The notes under the pieces are model-generated. The model saw only the letters and a list, made by a program, of their open reading frames with translations, searched no databases and was not told where the DNA came from. A stretch of 64,000 nt of DNA, taken from the NCBI GenBank assembly GCA_963769425.1, contig CAVYLP010000003.1:128001-192000 (forward strand), given 5' to 3'. Made by a program: the position numbers and the translations under genes. Below are positions 29,567 to 39,387 of this stretch, one piece after another (position 1 is the stretch's first letter; every line of letters begins with the position of its first letter). This DNA is from Candidatus Bathyarchaeota archaeon (lineage in GTDB: Archaea > Thermoproteota > Bathyarchaeia > TCS64).

Positions 29567-30481
29567 CAGACGACCCTCGTACCCAAGATTCGTAGGCCGG
29601 GTGAGGTAGACCTCAGCGGGGGTGTCCCCGAAAGCCTCCACCATCGCCTTGCCTAGTTCCGCCGGCTCCTCGCCGACGGCGAAGACGCTCGGGCCACCCC
29701 CGGAGATGCTACACCCGTAAGCCCCCGCTTGTAAGGCGGCGAGCTTGACGAGGTGGAAGTTCGGTATCATTCCCGCCCTGTGCGGCTCGATGACGCTGTC
29801 GCAGATGCTCCTTCCGAACATTATCGGGTCCTTCAACGCGACTGCGGCCGCCATCCTGGAGGCGTAGCCAATGTTCCTGACGGCGTCCTTGAGGTTAACC
29901 GTCTTCGGGAGCAGCCCCCTCGCCATCCTCGTCTTGTTCTCATACCTTACGTCGGGGACGACGACCACGAAGCCAACGTCGGGTATATCCATCCTCATGA
30001 CGTCGTACCCGTCGCCCACGAGGATGAATCCACCTAGGAGGCTAGCTGAGACGTTATCTGCATGGGCACTCCCGGCCACCGCCGCCTCCCCCTGGGCGGC
30101 GAGTTTCACCAGCTCCCTCTGAGGGAGTGTGAGGCCGAGGAGATTCACCGCCGCAACGGCCGCCGCAGCAGCCGAAGCACCGGATGAACCCATGCCCTTA
30201 CCCGGGGGAATCCCCTTCTCGATCTCCATGACGACGCCCTCGGGCTCCGTGAGCCTGCTGAGCGCCGCCTCCATGACGGCTCCGGCGCTGTTTAGCTGCG
30301 CCTTCACCGGAATCTGATCCGCCTCGAATCCCTTCACTATGACCCGGACGCCCGGCTCGGAGACCCTCTTGACACTGATATTGTCACCAAGTCCGTCGAG
30401 GGCTACACCGAAAACGTCGAAGCCGGGTCCAAGGTTCGCGATAGAGGCGGGGGAATAAACTTTAAGCTGTTTGATGGTCAC
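29566..30481 (-). CDS. thrB: Homoserine kinase
   Basis: PASIANLGPGFD, PPGKGMGSSGAS, HADNV, ISGGGP; natural end NLGTRVV-TGA after removing one G near 29583. Confidence 0.92.
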
Positions 30482-30646
30482 CCATCACTCTTACACCTGG
30501 ACAGCACAAGGGGTGCGGCTGCCCTTTTTAACCTTTACCGTGTCGAATCCATCACAAACAGCATCAGGGGTATTCCTCATAGGCCACCCGACCCGTCTCT
30601 CAACCTTTAAATGGAGCCTCGTATCCACCATTCTGAAGGTGCGATT

Positions 30647-30868
30647 TTGGAGAAGGCAGAAGTACAGAAGGCACTCAACGATGTGCGCCCACAGCTACAG
30701 ATGGACGGCGGAGACGTCGAACTCGTCGACATCGTGGACGGCGTCGTGAAGGTGAAACTCAAGGGCCACTGCGCGGGCTGCCCCATGAGTCAGATGACCG
30801 TAAAGTGGGGAGTCGAGCAGTACCTGAAGAAGAAGGTCCCCGGCGTGAAGGCCGTCGAATCCGTCTAA
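30647..30868 (+). CDS. NifU/Nfu-type Fe-S carrier domain protein
   Basis: VRPQLQMDGGDVEL, GHCAGCPMS. Confidence 0.92.
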   Translation: MEKAEVQKALNDVRPQLQMDGGDVELVDIVDGVVKVKLKGHCAGCPMSQMTVKWGVEQYLKKKVPGVKAVESV

Positions 30869-30882
30869 GAGGAGCAATCTGA

Positions 30883-31347
30883 ACGCTAGCGTCTGACCTA
30901 GAGGCCTGCAGGGACTACGGGGACATCTTCGCCCTCGTAAAGCGTGGGGTGAAGAAGACCCTCGGACTACACAGGGTGGGGCTCATGCTTCTACTCGGCA
31001 ACCTACCGATGAACGTCGGGGCATTCCACCCGATGGGGACGAACGAGATCGTCCTCAACAGGAGGCTGCTCAAAGGGAAGACGGGGATGAGCGAGCGCTG
31101 CCATGTCTACACGATCCTCCTCCACGAGTACCTACACAGCCTAGGGCACGAGGACGAGGCCGTAGTCAGGCGCCTTACATACAAGGTCTGTCTAGACAAC
31201 TTCGGCAAAGCAAGCCCGGTTGTTGAGGCCGCCCTAACGGGGCCTTGGGCTGACCTGACGGAGGAGGACTTCGACGAGTTGGAGCCGGAGCTCAACCTGG
31301 AGCTTGTCAGGAACTTTGAGAGGCCGGACAGCGGCTATATCATTTAG
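30883..31347 (+). CDS. Archaeal HEXXH zinc-metallopeptidase-like protein; first canonical start GTG 30949, frame open from ACG 30883
   Basis: LLHEYLHSLG..DE..VR; upstream YGDIFALVK segment in frame. Confidence 0.75.
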   Translation, partial: TLASDLEACRDYGDIFALVKRGVKKTLGLHRVGLMLLLGNLPMNVGAFHPMGTNEIVLNRRLLKGKTGMSERCHVYTILLHEYLHSLGHEDEAVVRRLTYKVCLDNFGKASPVVEAALTGPWADLTEEDFDELEPELNLELVRNFERPDSGYII

Positions 31348-31359
31348 ACTGTTAGTCTC

Positions 31360-31563
31360 TGTTCAAGGAATTTTGGGTATTCTAGCCCTTTTTCGTATCC
31401 CATGGAGTAGTTTACGACTATTCCGTGGGTTGGGCACTTGAAGGCGTAGAATGGAAGAATGCCGCTCTAGCCCTCCTTAGCGAAGTATCCTAAGCATGTT
31501 CTACCTGTGATTCCCATAGTGATCCTCTATAGCAGGGTAAGTCTGAATGATGGTATTTGTCAT
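31360..31563 (-). pseudogene. Decayed small Cys/His zinc-ribbon-like gene
   Basis: GRTCLGYFAKEG*SGILPFYAFKCPTHGIVVNYSMGYEKR, with an internal TAG and frameshifts. Confidence 0.4.
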
Positions 31564-31730
31564 GTTTTCGTCCCTTCTCCGAGGTTACCAAGTAGATCAG
31601 ATCGAGACATCATCATTGACTTCACCCTCGCCACGATTGATGGTGCTGTAACCATGGGAAAAAAACCAATGAAATATGGGTTAGTCTAAGGCTTATAACG
31701 AGACCTCGCTTCCTATTTCACGTGGTTTAG

Positions 31731-32266
31731 ATGCCAAGAGACAAGGTTGAAACATTCAAGTATGTCCGCGAGATGAATGAACTCCTGACGAAAAATGGGA
31801 TATTCCTCGTCGCCGAGGGGAAGGATAAGAAGCCCAACACGATGACCATCGGCTGGGGCTTCCTCGGCACGATGTGGGCGAAGCCGGTCTGCATCGTCGC
31901 CGTTCGTCACAGTAGGCACACATTCAAGTTCATGGAGGAGGCAAAGAGCTGGACTGTTTGCTTACCTGCAAAGGGCATGGAGGCGGCCCTCGACTTCTGT
32001 GGGACGAAGTCGGGCAGGGACCACGATAAGTTCAAGGAATGCAAACTCACCGCTCAAGAAGGGCATCGAGGTTGACGCCTCCATATATCGAGGAGTGCCC
32101 CGTACACATCGAGTGCACTACCGTCTTCAAGACTGACATGAAGCCTGGCCAGCTCGAGTCTGGCTTAGAGAAGGAGATGTACAAGACGAAGGACTTCCAC
32201 ATGCTCTACATGGGTGAGGTCAAGGGCGTCTACGCCGTAAAGGACGCCGAGAAGAAGCTCATGTAG
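31731..32266 (+). CDS. Flavin reductase-like (flavoredoxin) protein; frameshift near 32058
   Basis: PNTMTIGWG, VRHSRHT, CGTKSGRD, PYIEECPVHIEC, FHMLYMGEV. Confidence 0.88.
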
Positions 32267-32749
32267 GTGAAACTCTTGAAGGTCCTAATAGTCTACGACT
32301 CAAGCACCGGCAACACGGAGAAGATGGCACACGCTGTCGAGGACGGCGTCAAGAAGGCCGGCGTCGACCTCGTCATGAAGCACGTCGACGAGTCAAGCGT
32401 GGACGAGCTACCACAGTACCAAGGGCTCATCCTCGGCTCACCCGTCTACTACGGCCTGCCTAGCGGGAAGATCAAGAAGTTCATAGACGAGTCGGTCAAG
32501 TATCACGGGAAGCTTGACGGCATGGTGGGCGGCGCATTCGCGAGCGCGGGCGGAACCCACACGGGAGCGGAGAGCACAATCATCGCCATCAACGAGATGC
32601 TCCTTGTCCACGGGATGGTGATCCAGGGCTCATCAGCGGGCAGTCACTACGGCGCATCCTCGGTAGGCTCACCTAACGATGCTAGCCTAGAGGCGTGCAA
32701 GAAGCTCGGCGAACGCGTCGGCAAACTCGTTAAGAAGCTGAACAAGTAG
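32267..32749 (+). CDS. Flavodoxin/WrbA-like NAD(P)H oxidoreductase
   Basis: YDSSTGNTEKMA, LGSPVYYG, GGAFAS. Confidence 0.9.
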   Translation: MKLLKVLIVYDSSTGNTEKMAHAVEDGVKKAGVDLVMKHVDESSVDELPQYQGLILGSPVYYGLPSGKIKKFIDESVKYHGKLDGMVGGAFASAGGTHTGAESTIIAINEMLLVHGMVIQGSSAGSHYGASSVGSPNDASLEACKKLGERVGKLVKKLNK

Positions 32750-32787
32750 GGGAAACCATTTTCTCCCCAAACCCGCGCTTTACCTTC

Positions 32788-33750
32788 ATGGCACCCAAAG
32801 CCGTCGACAGCATCCTAGACGTGATCGGGAATACTCCACTAGTGAAACTACACAGGGTCGTTCCCAAGAACGGCGCAGATATTTACACAAAACTCGAATA
32901 CCTCAACCCCAGCGGCAGCTATAAGGACCGCATCGCCTTGGAGATGATCCGTTCCGCGGAAGCAGAGGGTAAACTCAAGCCCGGCTACACAATCGTCGAA
33001 GCGTCCACCGGTAACACGGGGACCGCCCTAAGCTTCGTCGGGGCACGACTCGGCTACAACGTCGAGATCTACATGCCCGAGGGCATGACCCGCGAAAGAA
33101 TAAAGATCATGGAGAGCTACGGCGCCAAGGTCCACGAGTTGAAGATCGAGGGCCTAGACTCGAATGGGAGCGTCGCCGGTGCGGAGGTCGAGTTCATCCC
33201 CCGACAGAAGTGCCTCGATCTGGAGCGGAGCAACCCGAAGATCTGGTGGGCGAGGCAGTTCAGTAACCCAGCTAACTGGAGGGCACATATAGTCACGGGG
33301 AACGAGATCCTCGAGCAAATGAACGGCAATATAGACGCCTTTGTCGCCAGCATTGGCGTAGGTGGTACCCTCTACGGCGTCGCCAAGGCCCTGAAGGAAA
33401 AGCTCCCCAAGTGCAAGGTCATTGGCTTAGAGCCAGCATCCGCCCAGTATGCGATCAGTAATGGCATAACCTCCCCGCCGGGAATCAGCAAGGAGATCTC
33501 TGGTGGAATAATCGAGGAGATGATGGAGAGCGGCCTCATCGACAAAGTCGTCAAGGTCACGAATGAGGACGCGATAAAGACCTCCGACCGCCTCGTTCGG
33601 GAGGAGGGACTATTCTGCGGCATCTCTGCAGGCGCCAACGTCTACTACTCCATCAAGGTTGCCGAGGATCTTGGTAAGGGCAAGCGCGTAGTCACAGTCC
33701 TCCCGGATCACAGGGACAGATATCTCAGCGAGAAGAAGTATACAACCTAG
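32788..33750 (+). CDS. cysK: Cysteine synthase / PLP-dependent CysK-CysM family
   Basis: IGNTPLV, NPSGSYKDR, ASTGNTG, QFSNPAN, GISAGA, PD..DRYLS. Confidence 0.88.
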   Translation: MAPKAVDSILDVIGNTPLVKLHRVVPKNGADIYTKLEYLNPSGSYKDRIALEMIRSAEAEGKLKPGYTIVEASTGNTGTALSFVGARLGYNVEIYMPEGMTRERIKIMESYGAKVHELKIEGLDSNGSVAGAEVEFIPRQKCLDLERSNPKIWWARQFSNPANWRAHIVTGNEILEQMNGNIDAFVASIGVGGTLYGVAKALKEKLPKCKVIGLEPASAQYAISNGITSPPGISKEISGGIIEEMMESGLIDKVVKVTNEDAIKTSDRLVREEGLFCGISAGANVYYSIKVAEDLGKGKRVVTVLPDHRDRYLSEKKYTT

Positions 33751-33824
33751 TGGCTTCCACATTTTCATGATTTATCCAGAAAATTACTCGTGATATTTTT
33801 AACTAAGAATAGGAACATCATGGT

Positions 33825-34466
33825 GTGTCTTCCCGGGAAAAATTAGTCGACGCTTTCCTCAATCTGGATGAACTCAGAACACAACAGGTAGTCAAATCGA
33901 TGTTGGATAAAGGAGTGGACCCAGTTGAGATCCTTGAAGAATGTAGAATAGGAATGCTCGAAATCGGGGAGCGCTTCGAGAGGGGTGACTTCTTCCTATC
34001 CGAGATGATCATGGCCGCTGAGATCTTCAAGCAGGTGACAGATCAGATTAAGCCACACTTGGTCGGTTCAGACTCAGCTAGAGGTACGATAGTAATCGGG
34101 ACGGTTTCTGGTGATGTTCATGACATCGGCAAGAACATATTCATCTCGCTGCTCGAGGTTGAGGGATTCCGCGTTGTCGACCTTGGTGTTGACGTACACT
34201 CAGAGAAGTTTGTCGAGGCTATCTTGGAACATAAGCCGGAAATCGTGGGTATGAGCTGTCTTCTCAGCAACTCAATCGATGAGATGAAGATAACCGTAGA
34301 CGCTATCACCCAAGCGGGGCTCAGAGATAAGACGAAGATCATTGTCGGGGGAGGAAGACTCGAAGGGGATGCCGCCGAGTACATCAAGGCGGATGCCTAC
34401 ACAGATAATGCAGCTAAGGGTGTGAAACTGTGCTTGGAGCTGCTGAGAGGTGAAGATGTTGAGTGA
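33825..34466 (+). CDS. Corrinoid (B12-binding) protein of a methyltransferase system
   Basis: GDVHDIGKN (DxHxxG), VGMSCLL, IVGG. Confidence 0.93.
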   Translation: MSSREKLVDAFLNLDELRTQQVVKSMLDKGVDPVEILEECRIGMLEIGERFERGDFFLSEMIMAAEIFKQVTDQIKPHLVGSDSARGTIVIGTVSGDVHDIGKNIFISLLEVEGFRVVDLGVDVHSEKFVEAILEHKPEIVGMSCLLSNSIDEMKITVDAITQAGLRDKTKIIVGGGRLEGDAAEYIKADAYTDNAAKGVKLCLELLRGEDVE

Positions 34467-35685
34467 GGACTTCGAGGAACTCTACAGACTCCGTCAGGAG
34501 AGGATCAGCCGAGTTGTACAGTTGAAGGAGCCTGACAGGGTTCCTCTAGTTGAGAGTTATGGATACTTCGCTGCAAGATACGCTGGGATAACCAGTTACG
34601 AATTCCTCTATGACTACGATAAAGCGCGGGAGGCCTCTGTAAAAACCGCGGTCGACTTCGGTTATGACACAGCGGGTGGCATGAATACCCTCGGAGCACT
34701 TCCATTATCGGTGGCTTTCATAGGCGAGTTCGACGGGTTACCTCCAAGCTTCGTCAACGGACCTATGCATGACATCCTTGGTGTTAGGTACGCTAGGTTC
34801 CCTGGGCGGGAGCTCACAATCGACTCGCCTTTCCAATTCATTGGTGAGGAATACATGAAGGCGGACGAGTATGATCAATTGATTGAGGAGCCAAAGAAGT
34901 TCATTGCTGAGAAGCTTCTTCCGCGCACGCTTCGAAGCCTCGAGAATCCCGGCTCTGCGAGGGCTATGTCTGCTTTGTACCGATGGGGGGTCGAGCACAG
35001 GAGGAGCTCGGAGGAGGCGGCTAGACTCAGGCAGGAACTGAGGATGTGGGGTTTCGCGGGCTTCACTGAAGGCATCTCATACGCGCCACTTGACTTCATA
35101 GGCGACTTCATGAGGGATCTAAAGAACACCCTGCTTGACTGCTACAGGCAACCCGACAAGGTGAAGCAGGCAGCCGAAGCCGTTAAGGGCCTAATCATAG
35201 AGATGGCGAGGATCACGGCAAAAACTACGCCAAAGGGCGCAATCGTCTTCATTCCTCTGCACCTGAATGAGTATTTTTCGCCAAAGCAGTACAGCGAGTT
35301 CTACTGGCCCACATTAAAGGACGTCATTAACGAGCTCATCAAGTTAGGGATTACACCAGAGGTCTTCTACGAGGGACAGCACGACGCACACATCGAAACC
35401 ATACTCGAGTTACCCAAGGGTAAGACTATATCGCGGTTTGAGAAGACGGACCTGAATAAGGCGAAGCGTATAATTGGTGACCACTCCTGCATCATAGGAG
35501 GTCCCCCAGCGTCTCTGTTCCTGACGACTCCAGCCAAGGTCGACGCTTACGTTAAAGAGTTGTTTAGCGAGGTCAAGCAGGGGGGTGGATTCATACTGAG
35601 CCCTTCAGTGCCGATACCGTCCTCCTCGAAGCCTGAAAACGTGAAGGCCTTGATGGATGCTGTTAAGAAGTACGGAGTCTATTAA
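34450..35685 (+). CDS. UroD-fold corrinoid-dependent methyltransferase
   Basis: EPDRVP, EYMKADEYD, EFYWPT, GGGFIL, KPENV; overlaps the corrinoid gene; likely start ATG 34456. Confidence 0.82.
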   Translation: MKMLSEDFEELYRLRQERISRVVQLKEPDRVPLVESYGYFAARYAGITSYEFLYDYDKAREASVKTAVDFGYDTAGGMNTLGALPLSVAFIGEFDGLPPSFVNGPMHDILGVRYARFPGRELTIDSPFQFIGEEYMKADEYDQLIEEPKKFIAEKLLPRTLRSLENPGSARAMSALYRWGVEHRRSSEEAARLRQELRMWGFAGFTEGISYAPLDFIGDFMRDLKNTLLDCYRQPDKVKQAAEAVKGLIIEMARITAKTTPKGAIVFIPLHLNEYFSPKQYSEFYWPTLKDVINELIKLGITPEVFYEGQHDAHIETILELPKGKTISRFEKTDLNKAKRIIGDHSCIIGGPPASLFLTTPAKVDAYVKELFSEVKQGGGFILSPSVPIPSSSKPENVKALMDAVKKYGVY

Positions 35686-35742
35686 TCGCTAACCTTTTAC
35701 GCATTATAAGATGCTTGTTTCTGATTAATCTCTGTTCTCCAA

Positions 35743-35901
35743 TTAATTATCGGAGACATAGTCCGAAGATTTTACCTCCTCATCTTCAATTTTTCCTGAA
35801 ATGTTATAGAGTCTTAGATTGATTTCGTTGAGGCTTTCCTCGTGTTCTTTTAAGATGGTTATTAAGAAATCTAGGGCGTCTATATTGTCGTTTAAGCTCA
35901 T
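35743..35901 (-). CDS. Small coiled-coil protein, 52 aa: MSLNDNIDALDFLITILKEHEESLNEINLRL...
   Basis: Intact ORF below the track cut-off; amphipathic heptad pattern. Confidence 0.55.
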   Translation of the reverse strand: MSLNDNIDALDFLITILKEHEESLNEINLRLYNISGKIEDEEVKSSDYVSDN

Positions 35902-36383
35902 ATTTCGGTGTGCATCTCTTCGGATTAAAAGTCATTATGGTTTTGAAGTTCATCAAATTAAAAAACTCAATTAACCTTATGAGAATGCGTTAATCTCTTT
36001 TTTTACGCGAAAAATAGTATGATGTGGTAAGGAGTTGACTTATTGCATAAGGGTGGTTGAGACGATGGGTGGCCCCATCGGCTTTGAGTCGAAGGTTAGT
36101 GAAGCTATACATTTCATGACTAAGCTGCTTCTTAAAATCAGACGACGACTTGGAACTGGCTAAAACTGAAAAACTGCTCCAGATTTTTAAAATTTGAAGG
36201 CGTGGGCCCTCTTTGGGTCTTTATGTTGGGGCTTGACAGAGAATCCCAGAGGTCTGGAATAGTCGAACTAAGGGGGTTATGTGACACGTTAGATTCGTTA
36301 TGGATTTACAATATTAAGAAAGTACTTATTACATTACTATTAAAGCACGTTCATATTAAATAATTACAAGCCATGATCAAAAG

Positions 36384-36704
36384 ATGATGGACTTCCCTGA
36401 CTCGCATGCGCATAAGGAGGAAACGCAGCCAACGAACTGTCCGCTATGCGGTAGAAATATGACGCTGATACATGACTTAACGGACTTCAGTGTTCAACTC
36501 TGCTACACGCATGGAGTGTTTGTTGTGGATAAGCCGACGAGAGATGTTTGGATCTTGGAGGGCTTCAAGGGGGAGATGGTGCCGATTAAACGCAAGTGGT
36601 ACACAGTTGAGAACCACAAACCGCTCACCCTAGACAAGTACAGGGACATGGTAAAAATGGCTAATCTTAAGCGGCTGGAGGAAAAGTCAGCTATCCGTTC
36701 TTAG
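36384..36704 (+). CDS. Zinc-ribbon hypothetical protein
   Basis: CPLC...CYTH. Confidence 0.6.
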   Translation: MMDFPDSHAHKEETQPTNCPLCGRNMTLIHDLTDFSVQLCYTHGVFVVDKPTRDVWILEGFKGEMVPIKRKWYTVENHKPLTLDKYRDMVKMANLKRLEEKSAIRS

Positions 36705-36873
36705 CATTGCGTAAAATACCCATGTTCCTCTTATTGGGGGTATTCATCGAAATTTGTTTAGTATTAATTCCCTCTATTCGGATTGAGCAGATTATAAAGA
36801 AAGCGTTTGTCGATTTTTTAGTCTAGCTATTCTAGAAATCATAATAATAAAAACAGAAAAAATTAAAGATAAA

Positions 36874-37434
36874 TTAAACCATTAAGTTATCGTTTTTCTT
36901 CTTTTCTCCAATAATTGCTCTTAGTTGCCTTATTTCAGACTCTTTTTGAATTAATTCTCTTTCTAAGGTTTCGATGTATACATCTTGGGCACGAATAGCC
37001 CCATCCATTTTAGCAGCTAGGTCATTTATTAATGCTCCTTGGCTTACTATAGATACGTTAGGTACATCCACTATCTCTTGATTCAATTCAAAGTATATTT
37101 CTCTTATTTCGTTTAAATGTTTTAATGTCTCTGAGTCCATAATATTAAATCTTACACTATCTTCCATGGCCTTCAATGTTATTCTTGTTGATTCCTCATA
37201 GTTTTTAAGTTTTTCAAGATTTGAGGAAAAAGTTACGGCATCTATTACTTCAATCATCTTTTTCGAATTTTCTTCAAATAATCGTATTTGTTCTACCGCT
37301 GCTTCTAGTCCTTTATTATAGGAAGCATCCGATCGAATTATCTTGTTTGTTATTTCAGGTTTTTCTTCGGGACTTGATTTTTCCACATTTTCCTTGGACT
37401 CATCAACTGTGTCTTTTTTCGTTTCTTGGCTCAT
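36874..37434 (-). CDS. Acidic coiled-coil hypothetical protein
   Basis: 186-aa ORF, AT-rich codons, AAGGA RBS. Confidence 0.6.
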   Translation of the reverse strand: MSQETKKDTVDESKENVEKSSPEEKPEITNKIIRSDASYNKGLEAAVEQIRLFEENSKKMIEVIDAVTFSSNLEKLKNYEESTRITLKAMEDSVRFNIMDSETLKHLNEIREIYFELNQEIVDVPNVSIVSQGALINDLAAKMDGAIRAQDVYIETLERELIQKESEIRQLRAIIGEKKKNDNLMV

Positions 37435-37728
37435 GATTCCTTTAATTATTAATAGTTTATTTAAAATTTCCGAGTTGGTTAATTATTTTTAGAGTCGTAA
37501 AGAATCGTGCGTGTTAAAAAATTGCAGAATCTCATGGATCATTTTGGATACTTTATGGACATAATCACACTCTAGTGAAAAATACTGCGCATAATCTATA
37601 AACCAGGTATAACAATCTAACCCTCCCTAAAGAATTCGTAGAAGTATAACAATCGCCCATTGGTAAGAGGCTTAATGATAGGGAAAAAAAATGATACGAT
37701 ACTGATTGGTGGAGGGATACTTCTGTAT

Positions 37729-37947
37729 TTATTTTGAGAAATTTAGGTTACGATTATTAACTATTTGTTTCTTCTTCAGCGTATAGAGAAGCAATTTATC
37801 GAACTCTTCGAGGTCGAGTTCCATATTGGAAAGACCTTTTAGGTCGAATACCTCGCCGCATTCTTCACAGATATATTTTTCGTCGTCGATACAGTTCAAT
37901 GTACCTTCACATGCTGTGCAGCGAAACTTGTGAAGCTGGGCAATCAT
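37729..37947 (-). CDS. Small zinc-finger protein
   Basis: CTAC...CEEC. Confidence 0.6.
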   Translation of the reverse strand: MIAQLHKFRCTACEGTLNCIDDEKYICEECGEVFDLKGLSNMELDLEEFDKLLLYTLKKKQIVNNRNLNFSK

Positions 37948-38186
37948 TTATCTTCATTATTAGAGTTACATTTAATGATAATAAATCATTACGGAGTGTT
38001 ATACGATATGAACAATCCATTGGTTTTTCTGGTTGTTTCAGATCTGTTATAATCCATCGGTCGGTTTCTAAACTCAATAATGCTCGAATCAGGAAAAAGA
38101 TTGAGACGATGGTGAACTACAGGAGTTAGGGAAAAAATCTAAAACTATGCACATTTAGCGAACGCTAGCTTGCATATGGGTATTCG

Positions 38187-39269
38187 CTATGTTTGAGGTT
38201 CACGATCCCTCCTCAGAGAACCAGCGGCGCAGTGGATCGAGCCACTGTTCCTCGGGCCGACGAGGCTCGGTATGTCAACTTCGACAACCTCAACTCCGAT
38301 ACTTTCAAGCCATTTCGTGGTTTTCGGCTCACCTGATGGAATGAGAACCTTCATGGGCTCCAGTACGACCCCAGTCTCTGGGCCAACCGGCATACCCTGA
38401 TCCACGCGGCAGATTTCGTCTGGTGGGACCACGAACTTCCAATCCATCTCGCTCCTGAGCCACTCGAGGAAATATTTGTCGAGCCACTTGGGGTTCGCGA
38501 CCGATGTGTGTCTGTCGATCATACAGTAGTGGGTGAGCTGTGGGCGGGGACCATACCCGGGGAGGATCCTGACATCCACCTCAGGGTCCTGTGTGTGGAT
38601 GATTCGTCTGAGCTGCTCGTGACCCCAGTCGTTCGCCCTCCAGACCTCCTGTTCCATTGTGTTTGACCTGGGATAGTGGACGGCGGCGAAGAGGTGTTTT
38701 TCGTCTAACCACCCGATGTTGCCGCCCTCAGCCATTCCTTTCCCTGTGATCATGCCGACGACGGGGCACCCGGCCTCCGCCAGGGCTTGGTAGGTGGGTA
38801 GCTCCTCTCCCTTCCTGATGTTATCGTACATCCTAAGTATCACCTGCCCATAGACTGCGGGATGGCAGACATCGTCAGTGTAGATGGCCTTTACTTGGTA
38901 GGGTGGGTCGTTAGGGTCGGGCTTTCTCTCGACCACTTCGACCCCCTCCTCCCTGTAGGCCTTCGCGAGTCTCTCGTGGTCTTGGATGAGCTCCGCTAGG
39001 TCATTTGGCTTGTAGCTCGTCCTCCACGCGGATAGGCTTGAGTCGTGGGGTGGCCATGGTGTCGGTTTGCCTATGCTTAGGAACTCCTTCCCAGGTTTGT
39101 GGAGGAGTACCGTACGGAGCTTCCCGATTGTTGTGTTTGATTTCCAGTTCTTCCCCCAGACTTTGGGCATCTCCTCCTCGAAGTCTGAGAGGATCTGCGG
39201 GTGATGCTTCATGTACTGCTCGTGGAGCGTCATCCCCGTTTTTTCCTTGAACTCGTCAACCTCATCCAT
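38187..39269 (-). CDS. Amidinotransferase / arginine deiminase / DDAH superfamily protein
   Basis: GKLRTVLLHKPG, IYTDD, AEGG, C-terminal GSIHC nucleophile. Confidence 0.85.
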   Translation of the reverse strand: MDEVDEFKEKTGMTLHEQYMKHHPQILSDFEEEMPKVWGKNWKSNTTIGKLRTVLLHKPGKEFLSIGKPTPWPPHDSSLSAWRTSYKPNDLAELIQDHERLAKAYREEGVEVVERKPDPNDPPYQVKAIYTDDVCHPAVYGQVILRMYDNIRKGEELPTYQALAEAGCPVVGMITGKGMAEGGNIGWLDEKHLFAAVHYPRSNTMEQEVWRANDWGHEQLRRIIHTQDPEVDVRILPGYGPRPQLTHYCMIDRHTSVANPKWLDKYFLEWLRSEMDWKFVVPPDEICRVDQGMPVGPETGVVLEPMKVLIPSGEPKTTKWLESIGVEVVEVDIPSLVGPRNSGSIHCAAGSLRRDREPQT

Positions 39270-39387
39270 GAATTAGACCCATTATCTAAGGGTCAGTTGG
39301 ACTTTAAATTATCGTGCACCCGATTTCTGGGGATCATTACATACTATAATTCTATTTTCGGGTACAATCGTATCCACTACTATAGGC

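Noticed and set aside
28436-30481. Apparent ThrB-ThrC fusion protein (681-aa ORF)
   Set aside because: Removing one G near 29583 gives a normal ThrB end (NLGTRVV) whose TGA overlaps the thrC ATG (TGATG). With many neighbouring indels, the fusion is most likely an artifact.
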